The translations under genes were made by a program, and so were the position numbers. The notes beneath the pieces are model-generated. The model worked only from the letters and a program-made list of their open reading frames with translations, was not told the origin of the DNA and made no database searches. Below are positions 13,001 to 24,045 of a stretch of 32,028 bases of DNA, piece by piece; the stretch's first letter is position 1; every line of letters begins with the position of its first letter. The stretch is from Paraglomus brasilianum (taxonomy: Eukaryota): NCBI GenBank assembly GCA_910592345.1, contig CAJVPI010000388.1:1-32028 (forward strand). Reading direction: 5' to 3'.

Positions 13001-14655
13001 CAGCCTAGGATTGAAGCTTTGGACGAGATGCTCAGCAACCTCACAGAAAATGCGACCGGCTATTTGCAACAGCGCGCTGGTATTGCCGAAGCTTTGACGA
13101 ACCTCGCCAATATTATCGACAGCAAACGTAATCAACTCCGAGAAGCGAATCGTCTATCAATATTTGGCACCAAGGCTGACGAAATGGAAGCTATGATAAG
13201 CTCGTTATTAGAAGTAATCGACGCGGCATCCACAGCAACAGATAACAATCTTGCAGCACTACCCAAAACTGAGCTTCAGACTAGACTTATTGAGCTAGAG
13301 ACCAAGTATCAATACTACGAACCAAAGATATCTCAAGAATTGGAGAACATTCGAATCATGGCCGAGGCAATTAAAGACGACTGGCGAGTAGAAGAACGAC
13401 TCGGCACCCTCACTGAACAGTGGGCAGAGCTGAAGGCATTAGCAAACACAAAGAAAGATGAGTTGAAGCGTTTGCTTTCCGGTCAGAAGCGTGCAGCACA
13501 ACCATCCACCAGACAGCGGCGAGCGGCATCAAATCCTTCTTCAGGTACGGCACCATCAAATTCGCCTGTGCGTACAGTAACAACTCGTCCTTCATCAAGG
13601 TTAACACCAAGATCATCAACTTCTTCATTACGAACAGCACGATCGCCCTCGCCGGCGTCTAGCCGTCTTACCAAAAGAAGTGTTGTGTCACCCAACGGAT
13701 CTCCGTCAAGACACAATGTTAACTATCGATCAAGATTGGCTAGTCCGTCGAGTACTCCGAGACAGACGCCGAGCCCGACACCTGGCGCTCCTGGAACTCC
13801 ACGAAGACCTCCGATCAGACTATTGCCGCATTCCATTAACAATTACGTACCTGATCCTAATGATCAGTTGGATGTTGAGGTTGCAAGGATCGTTAACGCT
13901 TGTCCCGTCAAGATTAAAGTCTCTATGGTTGAAAGAGAATCTGGAAAATATATGTTTGGTGAAGTGGAGCCTAAACTGTGTTACTGTCGTATTTTGAGAA
14001 GTCGTATGGTCATGGTCAGAGTTGGTGGTGGCTGGGCTGAACTATCAAAGTAAATATACAAAGATATCTTTTTTTCTTCTTCTGTCTGTTCCGTCTGTTT
14101 AGTTAACAAATACTAAATACTATTTTTTTTTTCACCTTATCCCATATAAACAATTTCGCAATTATCCCCACAAAATTTTATTTAAAGATTCCTTGTCGGT
14201 AAGTACATGATTCTTTTTCTTTTTCCAATCATTATGACCACGAAACGTCAACAAAGATTCTTCAAAAGAAAAAAAAAAGCGATGATTTTTTCTCTCATTT
14301 TCAACCCTGCGTTTATCATATTATAACCTATAGATAACAATGATGCCACTCTCCAATTCATTCTGCCAAAACAGAACACGCTAATCTGGAACAAAAGTAC
14401 ATCCCCAAAGCCCGGTCTTTTGTCGGACCTAACGAAATCGAACCTAGTAGTAAAGCCGCTGATGGTGCCCGTTTTCATGAGGCGTACATCAGCCTTGAGC
14501 CGACGGGACCAAGACTCAGAGAAGGAGAAACGAGTTCTAGTCCCGTGGCGTTGAAAAGCTCGATCGCTAAAAGAAATGTGAGTAGTTTAGATAAGTATTC
14601 GAAACGTTTTGGGCGACCGAGCGGGAGTGGGAGCGGGTATAAGAGAGTAGATTGA
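7037..14655 (+). CDS. Giant spectrin-repeat-like rod protein with C-terminal GAS2/GAR domain (spectraplakin-like), ~2434 aa; exons 7037-14049, 14188-14198, 14375-14655
   Basis: ATG at 7037 is in good context (atcATGG), with an in-frame stop upstream at 6977. Helix-A-type signatures recur (WFDEAKEIEKWI, WFREAERIRIWI, EAARLEKWI, QATEITSWI, IDDLQRWI, ARDIKAWI), as do helix-C 'L..LW..L' patterns. The GAS2 motif is DQLDVEVARIVN...GKYMFG...CRILRSRMVMVRVGGGWAELSK. Splicing (GT 14050/AG 14187, GT 14199/AG 14374) restores the expected FLVEH. Total 7305 nt = 2435 codons including the stop. Confidence 0.9.
13841..14380 (+). other. GAS2/GAR microtubule-binding domain split across three exons
   Basis: NYVPDPNDQLDVEVARIVNACP...VMVRVGGGWAELSK|FLV|EH. 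VMVRVGGGW is the GAS2-domain hallmark. Confidence 0.9.
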
Positions 14656-16233
14656 TTTATACAGATTGATTTGGGAATTTGGGTTTTTCTTCTGAGGATT
14701 TGTCTGGGTGATGACAAGAAAAAAAGAACATTCAGGGCATTGAGTCTGTTTTGTCTGCGTTCGTCTTATTTTCATTATTTTATTTCATTATTTCATCATT
14801 TCATTATTTATTTTTATTTTTTTTTATTTTTTCGTTTTCTTTATGGTCACTTTGCTGTTTCTCTACAATTTTATGAGAACAAAAAAAAAGGCACTCTCCC
14901 TATATATTTATATGTTATTTATGTAATATGTATCTATTACTAAAAATATAAAAGAACACACTGAGCTATTAGACACCTTTATAAAAATTATTTATGAATC
15001 AGAAATTAACATTTCATAAAAAAATTCTCTCTTCCCCCCAAAATTATTATTACAATCTTCAACCCATTCATTTTTCACAGAACCGTGAACTTTGCATATG
15101 GGCAATAGGGTTAGCGATACTGGTTTATTTCCTGATCGCATTGAAGCAGCCATCGGGCGCATTCGACAGTTGTCAACTCAAGAATACACAGTTCTTGATT
15201 TGTACCTAGCCACCGGAGAACATTTTATAAAGTAAAATCATACGTTATGGACTCTCTTTTTCTTCTAATTTTGCCCATTATTTTATAAATTCATTTGTAC
15301 CTATCTCTTTAGGATTTTCTTAGATCTTTTATACAGTTTCTTTCTCTTTTTTTCTTTTCTTTCTCTTTTCTCTTGGGGATCTATGGGGGAAGGTGGGGAA
15401 GAGTATGGTTGGGAGAGAAATAGCAGAATTGTAAGTTTCCAATAATTTCTGTAATTAAATTTAGAAATGTATATCGTGATCAATTGTGATAGTGTTAGTT
15501 TGGAGAGAGCGCTTGTCGAAATTTCCACGAGTGATCGCGTTGTGTGTGAGTTTGGTCATATTTTTATCTTTATTGCCCATCATATTATCACAAGTCTCAA
15601 TAGCTGGGCAAAGCAGCCACGAACAAGACAATTTAAGCAAGGACAGGAATGCTTTATAGCAGGTCTATTATAATCTCTAAAAACTCTATATTTAGAAAAA
15701 AGATCAAGTAAAACCAAAGTGAGTGTGGTCAAAGGATATGTCCATTGTCATTCACGTGGTGCTTGTAAGAGACTATAGAGTTACCATCACTGTAATTGAT
15801 TGGAAGACACTCTTTGAATACGTTGTCTTGCAAGCATCGAATAAACCGAACCTGAGATGTTGAGCTAGTCAATTGACAAGTGACAAGCTATCTACCTGTA
15901 CTTGGCAAGTTCATTAGGTACCTAGGTTCATTCTACTTCACATTCCATCAATTACGTAATAATATCAATAATCCCCTTACAATCCCCTCATCACCGTTCC
16001 TTGCCATATTAGGAAAGTGCGCTCATATCTTACCAACAGTGGTTAATTTTTTATTGCCCAAATTTCGCGCTTTTCCCCTAACCCTATCATCATTATCATT
16101 ATTCGTATGTCGACCCGCGCGCAGCAAAGTTTACGAAGGAATTATTAGGAACAAACAACACCGTCTTACAACACACCACCTGTCGAATTAATTGATTTTT
16201 CTCTCTTTTTAACGATTTCTCTTTCGAATCAAA

Positions 16234-18285
16234 ATGTTTGCAAGCTGGACTGCTTGGTTTGCGCCGAAAGTTGATCAGCAAGCACGCGATCTCTGGGGTA
16301 AAGTACAAGTCTCTTTTTTTCCTTCCCGAAACTAAGCTACACATACTTTTTTTACTTCAACTTGTCTTAATTTCTGACATTATTCGCTGCCATTTCTTTT
16401 TCTGTTATTACGTCTCGCAGTCTACCATGGTGGCAAACGCAACATTCGCCCGTCGTGTTGCGATTTATTCTTTAGCAACGATAAAAACGAACCTGAAACG
16501 AGACAGTAAGTAATATGCGCATTTTTTCATGGGCTGTAAGTGTTAATTAACCAACTATATCCGTCTTTGCCTTTGTAGACTATTGCAGCAAAAGACTGTT
16601 GTTATATACCACCCAAGTTGGATAAAAGATTGTCACAACAGAGGCCGTCCAGTGCATTTAGGACCTTTTGTTCTGCCGGACTTTGACTTTCGTGAGTTAT
16701 CAAAATTTATTTACGTTTACATTGTTACATTTATTCCCGTAATATCAATTTTGGTCGCTTGCTTTCCTTTTTTTTTTTTTTTCTAACGTTTCTTTCTTTA
16801 TTCTCTTTTCATCTGTTCGATACTTTACCTTTCCTCTGTAGCTATACGACGTCGAATTCAATCGACTGCTTCCTTGCCTAGTTCTCCCCATTCACCCATT
16901 CTAACATCGACACACAGTTCGCCTACCCCTGCTCCTACCTACGCTCGAACTCAGACCAATTCAACCAGATACAGTCTGCCGATAAATGTGACCTTTGAGC
17001 GATCGTCTTCACTAGGTTACGTTGATGACTTGGATCCTCAATATGGAATACCAAGACGACGTGCACGAAAAGTCAGGTCATCGGATTCGCCTTTTATTGA
17101 TTTTACCAGTATAAACGGCAGTAATAGTGCAAGTGTTATCGAGAACGAAGGAGCAACTGATGAATTAGATGCGAATGCGAATGAATCAAAATTGCCTGAT
17201 TACTTTTATAGGCAGGATGGGTGGAACAATAGGTAAGCATTGTTTGCTTAAAAATGCAAACTGAGATTGGAGAGACATTGAAAGGATTCAAGGAAAAAGC
17301 TGGGGTTTTTAGATTAGGGCACGTGAGTGTTGTGATTACAGTCTTTTTTTACCCATGTTAACGTAAAAAGATTTGTTCGGTCTCGCTTGGTGTTTGTTGT
17401 TTGTTTTTAATTTAATTCATCTGGCTATTTTGATTATTATATTTCCAGTGCTATCCGTATTGTTCTTTTGACTGTTGCTCTTATTACTACATCAAATGCT
17501 GTCCGCCTTGTCGTTCCTTTTATTTCCTTCTTTCCCTCTCCACAAACTCCCTCCGTACCAACCTACCCTTTGCAGGCCGCCTCCTCCACCAACACCGCCT
17601 CGGCCGGCTAGCAGAGCCTCTCGCTCTCCCTTAAGGTGATTTATCAATTACTGGAGATGTATTTTTACGCGTCTGCGAGTTTGTTAGAAATCTAACCTTG
17701 GTACTTTTTCTGCAGAAAGAAGAGAAGGTTAGACACCCCGGAAGTTTTTAGGAGATATGAATGTGAGAGCGATCAAATGAATGAGGTCGAAAGCGTAGAC
17801 GTAATTGGAAATTCAATCAGGAATGCAATGGACAACGAACAAGAGACTATAAGTCACAACGTGGAGAACCATGTGGAGGAAGTAATTAATGAAGGACGCG
17901 AAGATGACGTGACCGAAGACCAGAGAAATGACCGTTCCGAAAGGTATATCTGGAGACTAGGTTTACTTTTTTTTTTTTTTAAAAAAAATTTTCTTTCGCC
18001 ATATTCACTCTTGCGACTAATGCTTCAAATTCCTACAGAGGAACGACTCCTCCACAGCCAGAATCATTCCATCCGGCACCTTACCCAAATACCCCCACCC
18101 CTTCTCGTTTTCATACACCTCCAACACCAACACCACAACCTTCCACAATTAGCGCCAATCAGCTAAAACAGCGTGCAACCGTTTTGTTGATGGCTTTAAA
18201 CCCATCGCGAACGTCCATATTTGAGGCAGCTGAAATACTTCGGCCAGGGTTTGGTGGGTTTGAGATTGAGGAATATGGAGGATGA
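16234..18285 (+). CDS. TERB2-like protein (BRCT-like N-terminal domain, disordered middle, short C-terminal motif), ~395 aa; exons 16234-16297, 16421-16505, 16579-16691, 16842-17232, 17576-17635, 17716-17943, 18039-18285
   Basis: All six introns are GT-AG with consistent phases; 1188 nt = 396 codons including the stop. N-terminus: MFASWTAWFAPKVDQQARDLWVYHGGKRNIRPSCCDLFFSNDKNEPETRQLLQQKTVVIYHPSWIKDCHNRGRPVHLGPFVLPDFDFPIRRRIQ. It has an NLS-like RKKRR and ends ...SIFEAAEILRPGFGGFEIEEYGG*. The gene model is solid. The TERB2 identity rests on alignment by eye to remembered human TERB2. Confidence 0.75.
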
Positions 18286-18739
18286 GAAATTCAAGTGTTA
18301 CAGATAGCAGTACGGATAATTGCGTCGAACAGAAGCATAAAAGTTGTGGTTTAGAGGATACTCCATTAGACGTGGTACTCAATGAAGGTTCAATAGAACG
18401 AGATATGAACATATTATGCATGCAAGTCAGTAGAAGAGCATTACATGAACAGTACAAGAATAGAGTAAGGCATGGATTTGGTTATAATAATTCTCCTTAC
18501 TGGTTTTTACGATCGGGGAGAAAGGGGTGGGAAATGTATTTAATGGAAAATCAATAGGCTGTTGCTGAATAACGTCAGCCAATAGATCATTACCCTGTAC
18601 CGATCATGGGCTTGATCAAAACCTTGAACACGAATATTCGACTTTGTATGAGCACTTTGGGCTATTTACGTAGTTTCGATTTTATTGTTAATCAATTCAA
18701 TATCTACAATTGTTGGTTATTGGAAACACATACATGCAA

Positions 18740-18740
<1 letters not shown>

Positions 18741-18774
<34 letters not shown>
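18741..18774. repeat. Compound (CA)10(TA)7 microsatellite between convergent 3' ends
   Basis: Read directly. Confidence 0.95.
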
Positions 18775-18930
18775 AGGGCTCGAATAAAAACAGATGCCAT
18801 TTCTGTAAAATGTCCTTTGTTCAATGAATCAGAGCTATCCTAATATCTAAATAATTATATGCAATATTCTCCGCGTGTGTATGCAATAATATCTTTAAAA
18901 GATCAATCTATATATATGGACAAGGTTAAA

Positions 18931-21900
18931 TTATGACAGATCGAATCCAACACCCGCATCGATTGCATATTCCAATTTCCTATAAAAATAATAGAGAATA
19001 ATTAAATACAATACATTCAAACCAAACCAACTCGAGCATGACCAAACTCGTCACCCTCAACTTACGCTCTCAACGTCTTTTCATCAGGATATGCGGGCAA
19101 CTTTAACAAGTTAAAACAAGTGCTGCTCGTAGGCAACCTTAATTCCTTCCCGGCATTTCGAATAGCAAACTTTGGAACAAGCTCTCCAAACCCGAGTAAA
19201 GGTGGTCGAGAACATGATGTCACAAATTTAATTAATTTACGTTTTTGTTCTTCACTGAAGCAAGAGACAACATTCCAGAAGTTTTGGATTACAGTGTCGT
19301 CATCGCTATAGCCAGAGTAGACGGTATTCTGACGAAGATCGTCAAGGTTGATATCGATCTGTGCTCCACCAACGAGAACCTGGAGTTCTTGCTATTGTGC
19401 AAAGTTTTGAAAATTAAAAAGAGTGGATGAATAAGAAAGAAGCGCATTTAGGTACATTCGTATATTTTTCTTGGTAAAGACAAAACTCACCTGATTAAAC
19501 ATTTGTAGCCATTTTGGCTCAATCAAGTCAGAAAGCCCTTTAAAGAATGCCTTGCATTGCTTGTTGATTTGTGTGTTTAATCTGTAATTGGCAACTCGAA
19601 AGACGTATTGATATTTTGTTTCATTAGTCACCGGAGTGTTCGCGCCGTTCGGTATAAGTTCAACTATACGAGACACTCCAAGCTCTAGAAAAGGTTGATA
19701 TGGATGCGAATATGGGTTATAAATAACGTAATATAAAAGTCCATATCAATTAATGTATAGAAATATTAAGTCTTGATCTTACCATGGTCGACAACTGTAA
19801 AGTTCACTCCGAAATCACTCTCGACGTTTCCTTCATAATTTTTGAGTATTATTAATCCTTTATATAATTCTGGATCCAGCGATGGTAAGTCGTCCACTGG
19901 AATAAGCAGAAAGACGGCAGGTATGAGTTCAGAATACAAGAGTAGCTCGCGCCAAGTTTACGCAAATTTTGTACTTACAATATGATGATCTACTAAGCCA
20001 TTTACTCAAGAAGAACCCAGCAAATGCAAAATCAACCAATACTCCTTCATATAAAGCTTTACCCAATATACGACCGAGGAACTCATAATAGTTCAGTTGT
20101 TGTTCTATAAAAAAAAAACCCGAAGAAGAAAAAAAAGATAAGTCTCAACGCTAAATTGACAAATCATGTGACATAGAACACCTTTGCATGTTTTTACCTT
20201 CTTGAGCATATCTCAACGTATTAGGATACAGCAATTGATCTTTAGTTGTAACAAATAAGCCACGGTTTGCATCGAATGCTTCTTTACACAACCTGAAATC
20301 AAAATACATCAGCAGCTTATTCCCAAGAAATTTCTTGCAACCTTGCAATTCAACTTACAAAGTCAAAAATTCTTTCAACAATCCCCCGCCATCAACCCCA
20401 GCCTCCGTAAGGTTGTGCTGATCAATGAAAGAGATTGCTATGCGATCTTTTAGTTCTTCTTTCAATCCACTAAGATACGTATAGGCGTCTTCGAATATGT
20501 GAGTCCGGCGGATATCGACGCGTATTCGGTAGTGATTATATGGTCTAAAAAATGAACAATAATTAGTATAATCCCCCTGGAAGAGTTGACTGGATTTTAA
20601 AAAACCACCAAAGCTCCAGGAATCGACTAACATAAAATCTTAAATAGATATCATAGAGGTTCTAACAATAGTACTAACCGCTTTGGATCATTTTGTACAA
20701 ATTTCCTAAATAGCTTGACTCGGTCTTCGAATGGAATAACAAACGGAATGCTATTCAATATCTTTATTCGATGACTGATAGGAGCGATTCGACGTGGACC
20801 ACTTTTGGGAGGTAAATCTTCGGCACCTTGTTCATAAGACGCTGCTTCGTTGATGAAAGATGCCATATCCATCTGCGAAGCCATTAACCAGTGACCTGTT
20901 TCTGTGAATTGGCGACGAGAGCTGTGTGTAAAAGAGAGAATTAAACAATAAAAAGTAGACAGTAAGTAAAAAGAAGGGGCAGTCAAACAATCGCGAGATA
21001 AAAACACGGATGTAACGTTCAATATTGATTTAGCGCCAAACACTCACTCTCTCGCATGTATTTGCTGGAGCACCTTTGTCAATATATCCCTTAAATACGT
21101 AAGTTGTATACATGTGCCTTCGAGCACATATTCCATTTTGAAGTGTGAATTCCAATATAGTGCAAACGTGACATTCTAAAGTGGCGAAATAATCATTACG
21201 CTTAATGCTTCGAATAATTTCTGCACCCTAAATTTTCACAAACGTACCCTCAAGCAAGCAGACATCTTGATAACTTCACCAAGATTCAAAGGATTCTTCC
21301 CATCTTCAAAGAACTCGTCATCTCCAGTGGTCAGTAATACGCGACTAAATAGCTCACATAGCAGGGCCAGCATTTCCCATTGTTGGGCATGCGCAGGGTC
21401 TACGAAAGATTGTAATAAAACAAATGGTTGAGGATAACTAATAGACCGACCCGGATAATAAATGAACCATGACACTGTTCTAAAATATCTTCCTTTACAT
21501 TCTTTCCTCCCATCATAGCTAGCTCACCTGTAATAACTGCCGTGGGAAACATTCTCTCATTAATTTTCTCGTATAATTCCATTGCTGTGAACCCTTCCCA
21601 AATCATCTTGACGTAGGTATCTTTCTTGTCTGGACTAAATCTCTTCATCATGCTAGTCAACAGCTGCTGCTTCTTCAATGGCCATCGACTCATGAGAGCC
21701 ATGAGTAAATTACAGACACGGAGTAGTGACGTTGAACCAGAAGACGAAGTAGCGAAGGCGAAGATAGATGCAAGTTGAGGACCTTTGAAAAAACGTTCGA
21801 TCCACCAAAGCAGACGAGTATCTATAGGGTGATGTGGTGTGTCGGAAGATGAGAGTCCTTCGTTTTCGTCCTCGTCGTCGTCGTCGTCGTAACTCGAGGA

Positions 21901-23946
21901 TGCTGTGTTGAAGAAGGAGGAGGAAAAGTGGTGAGAAAGTATTCAAAGATAATTTAGTAAAAATATCTTGATGAGCGTACTTACTGTTTGCCTTTTTATT
22001 AGAGAGTGCATTTGTTGGAATTAATGTAAATAAATTCTTCAGAACTTCCAAGTATGCAAGCTATAAAAATTATACATTAGCCATAAGGGAGATAGTAAAA
22101 CAAAACGCTGCTCTTTCACTCTCTCCCTGTGACATTTACCATAACGTCATCCAACGTAATACCCTTATTAATAGCAAATTTACTCAAAGATGCCATCTTC
22201 TCTGGACGAGTAAAAGCCAGTATATTGCTCAATAAACCAGCAGCCTCTTCTGTGCTCAAAATCAACTCTGTGCCTGTTCCCGCTCTCAGTCCCTCTTCGG
22301 TTTTAAAACTCATTGTTGACAGCTCTGTCATAACAACATCGATTGGAATGTGCGCCGTGAATGCTGATAGTTCTTGTTTTATGCGATACATCAGAAAGGG
22401 CATTTTTAAAATTTCTGTGATAAAGGCGTGGATAGAGGGAATTAAGACAGGGGAGTCGGCAGAGAGATTACGGAAGGGAAGGGTTGAGAGGTGGCTTAAG
22501 GAAGGTATTGTCGGTGAGGGTACGTCAACTGGCTGTAAAACATGGATGATATGAGAAGGGAAAGTAAGGAAGCATAAGAAACAAAGAAGTAGAGTTGTCT
22601 GTGAATAAGTGCTTCTCAACATACCAATCCAAGGAGATGATTACTCAATTCTCGATACAGGCCTTGCTGTATTAAATGCTCAAGAAGACAGTTAACGATC
22701 TTTCTGTGTCAAAGAATATAAACCACGATTAAACTTAAATCATCGGAACAACGCTGCTATAAACCAAACTTTCAGACAACACTAACTTTCTGCAAAATTC
22801 ATCCCTAATTTGCAAGTAGTTTGACTCATCTGTGGCTGATCGTATGAGATTCACGTAATCAAGAAGAGTCACACGGAAATTTGGGTGTCTTGAAAATAAG
22901 AGACAAAATGTAAATTAGTATTATTGATCTTGCGGCGTTTATCAAGAATGGTGTATAACTATTTGATAACCATGCTAGCCAATGAATCTGCCGTCTTTTG
23001 CGCACAATCTCAATTAGCACATTGAAAGAACTCAAACCTCCCCTAATTACCACTCTAACCTTCGCTACCCAATAATAACTCTTTACTTTTTCACCATTGA
23101 AACCCATTGAAAGCCATTGAAAGCCATTGAAAACCGTATCTCAAGTTATGAAAAGACAGTTCTAATGGCACAATAATTTTAAACAGACTTACAAATTATG
23201 AGACCCAAAACGTCTGAGAAACAAAACTAAAAGACACTTTGTTTGATAAGTCCAAACGTCGCGTATGTCATCGTATAAAAAGGGATGGATAAAGAGTATC
23301 GTGTCTTTCGTTGAGGAAATTTTAAATTAAAAAGTGAGTATTGACAATGACTTTGTATTCTATGGTAAAACATGAACAAATTTGAAACTACATTCGGAAG
23401 CCAAGCTCCCCTCATTCACTTCTTTCAATTCTCTTGTCCCTTGCTATTATCCTATACAGCTACCCCACCTTGTCGTTTCAAAGTCAATAAATAACACAAA
23501 AGAGTCTCTCTCTCAACGTCCTGAAATGGTCGGTAAAAGAACAAGAATTTTCTGACCAGAAGAACCAAGTTCAGAGCCGCCACGGGAGGCGAGGAGTTTG
23601 AATTCAAGTAATTCTTGGCCTCAATATCCCATTCTAAGCGTATAGATGCGCGTGACTTTTTGGCGATTGTTCTGCCTCGAACAAATGCCTTTTTGTAACG
23701 AAAGAAGGTAAAGTAAGTGAAAGGAAGAGAATAATTCTGACATTCGGTTTCCGGTTCTCAGCCTCCGCTTTTTCGTTCTTTCCTACTTACTTGTATCTTT
23801 GTGGCGGACTCTTTTCTTTTCTTCTCATATTGTCTTGCAAGCCTTCTTTCCTGATTACTTCGTAATAAAGCCGGTTTGTCCTTTAAATTCCTCGAGCCGC
23901 CGAGATTGATCTGAGGACGTTTTTTGGCGTTTCCGTCGAAGAACAT
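18931..23946 (-). CDS. HUL5: HECT E3 ubiquitin ligase, UBE3C/Hul5 family, ~1041 aa, 18 exons (23946-23791, 23688-23469, 23304-23193, 22888-22787, 22703-22625, 22532-22140, 22060-21985, 21902-21528, 21399-21248, 21175-21048, 20921-20679, 20544-20359, 20292-20198, 20104-19979, 19896-19783, 19684-19491, 19391-19066, 18979-18931)
   Basis: N-terminus MFFDGNAKKRPQINLGG, IQ motif (KIQAFVRGR), QIHARDSRRQF, IPFVIPFEDRV, EAGVDGGGLLKEFL, FLGRILGKALYEG, LDDLPSLDPELY, FVTSCSRPPLLGF, catalytic RLPTSSTCFNLLKLP, and C-terminal GFDLS*. The exons sum to 3126 nt = 1042 codons including the stop. Confidence 0.92.
23094..23133. repeat. 4 x 10-bp tandem repeat (CCATTGAAAN) in HECT intron 3
   Basis: ccattgaaac ccattgaaag ccattgaaag ccattgaaaa. 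Confidence 0.9.
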
Positions 23947-24045
23947 TATGTAAGATTATATAATGGTTACTGTAGAGGAGATAATAATATAAAGGGTGAA
24001 CGGTTTTAATCTATAATAATAAGTGTCTGCATTCTCGTCTTGGAG

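Noticed and set aside
7213..13997. Antisense and alternative-frame ORFs inside the giant exon (and 22129-22554 opposite the HECT gene)
   Set aside because: They are shadows of the codon structure of the real genes.
15060..15230. Telomerase RNA (CTAACCCTA template on minus strand), U14 (cattcgacagtt), U4 or U5 snRNA
   Set aside because: There is too little sequence 3' of the template for a pseudoknot, no C/D boxes, no U5 loop 1 (GCCTTTTAC) and no U4 kink-turn.
15731..15739. ATATCCTTT (U12-type 5' splice site) on the minus strand
   Set aside because: There is no host gene model and no U12 branch-point consensus. All modelled introns look U2-type.
16063..16080. ttcgcgcttttcccct resembling the U1 snRNA 3' end
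   Set aside because: There is no ATACTTACCTG 5' end and no ATTGCAC loop upstream.
15230..16200. Possible divergent (minus-strand) MAJIN- or TERB1-like gene head-to-head with the TERB2-like gene
   Set aside because: Some splice-like signals exist, but I could not build a consistent open reading frame or find MAJIN-like motifs.
18282..18827. Short ORFs downstream of the TERB2-like stop
   Set aside because: They have no recognisable motifs, lie in probable 3' UTR or intergenic space, and one runs through a microsatellite.
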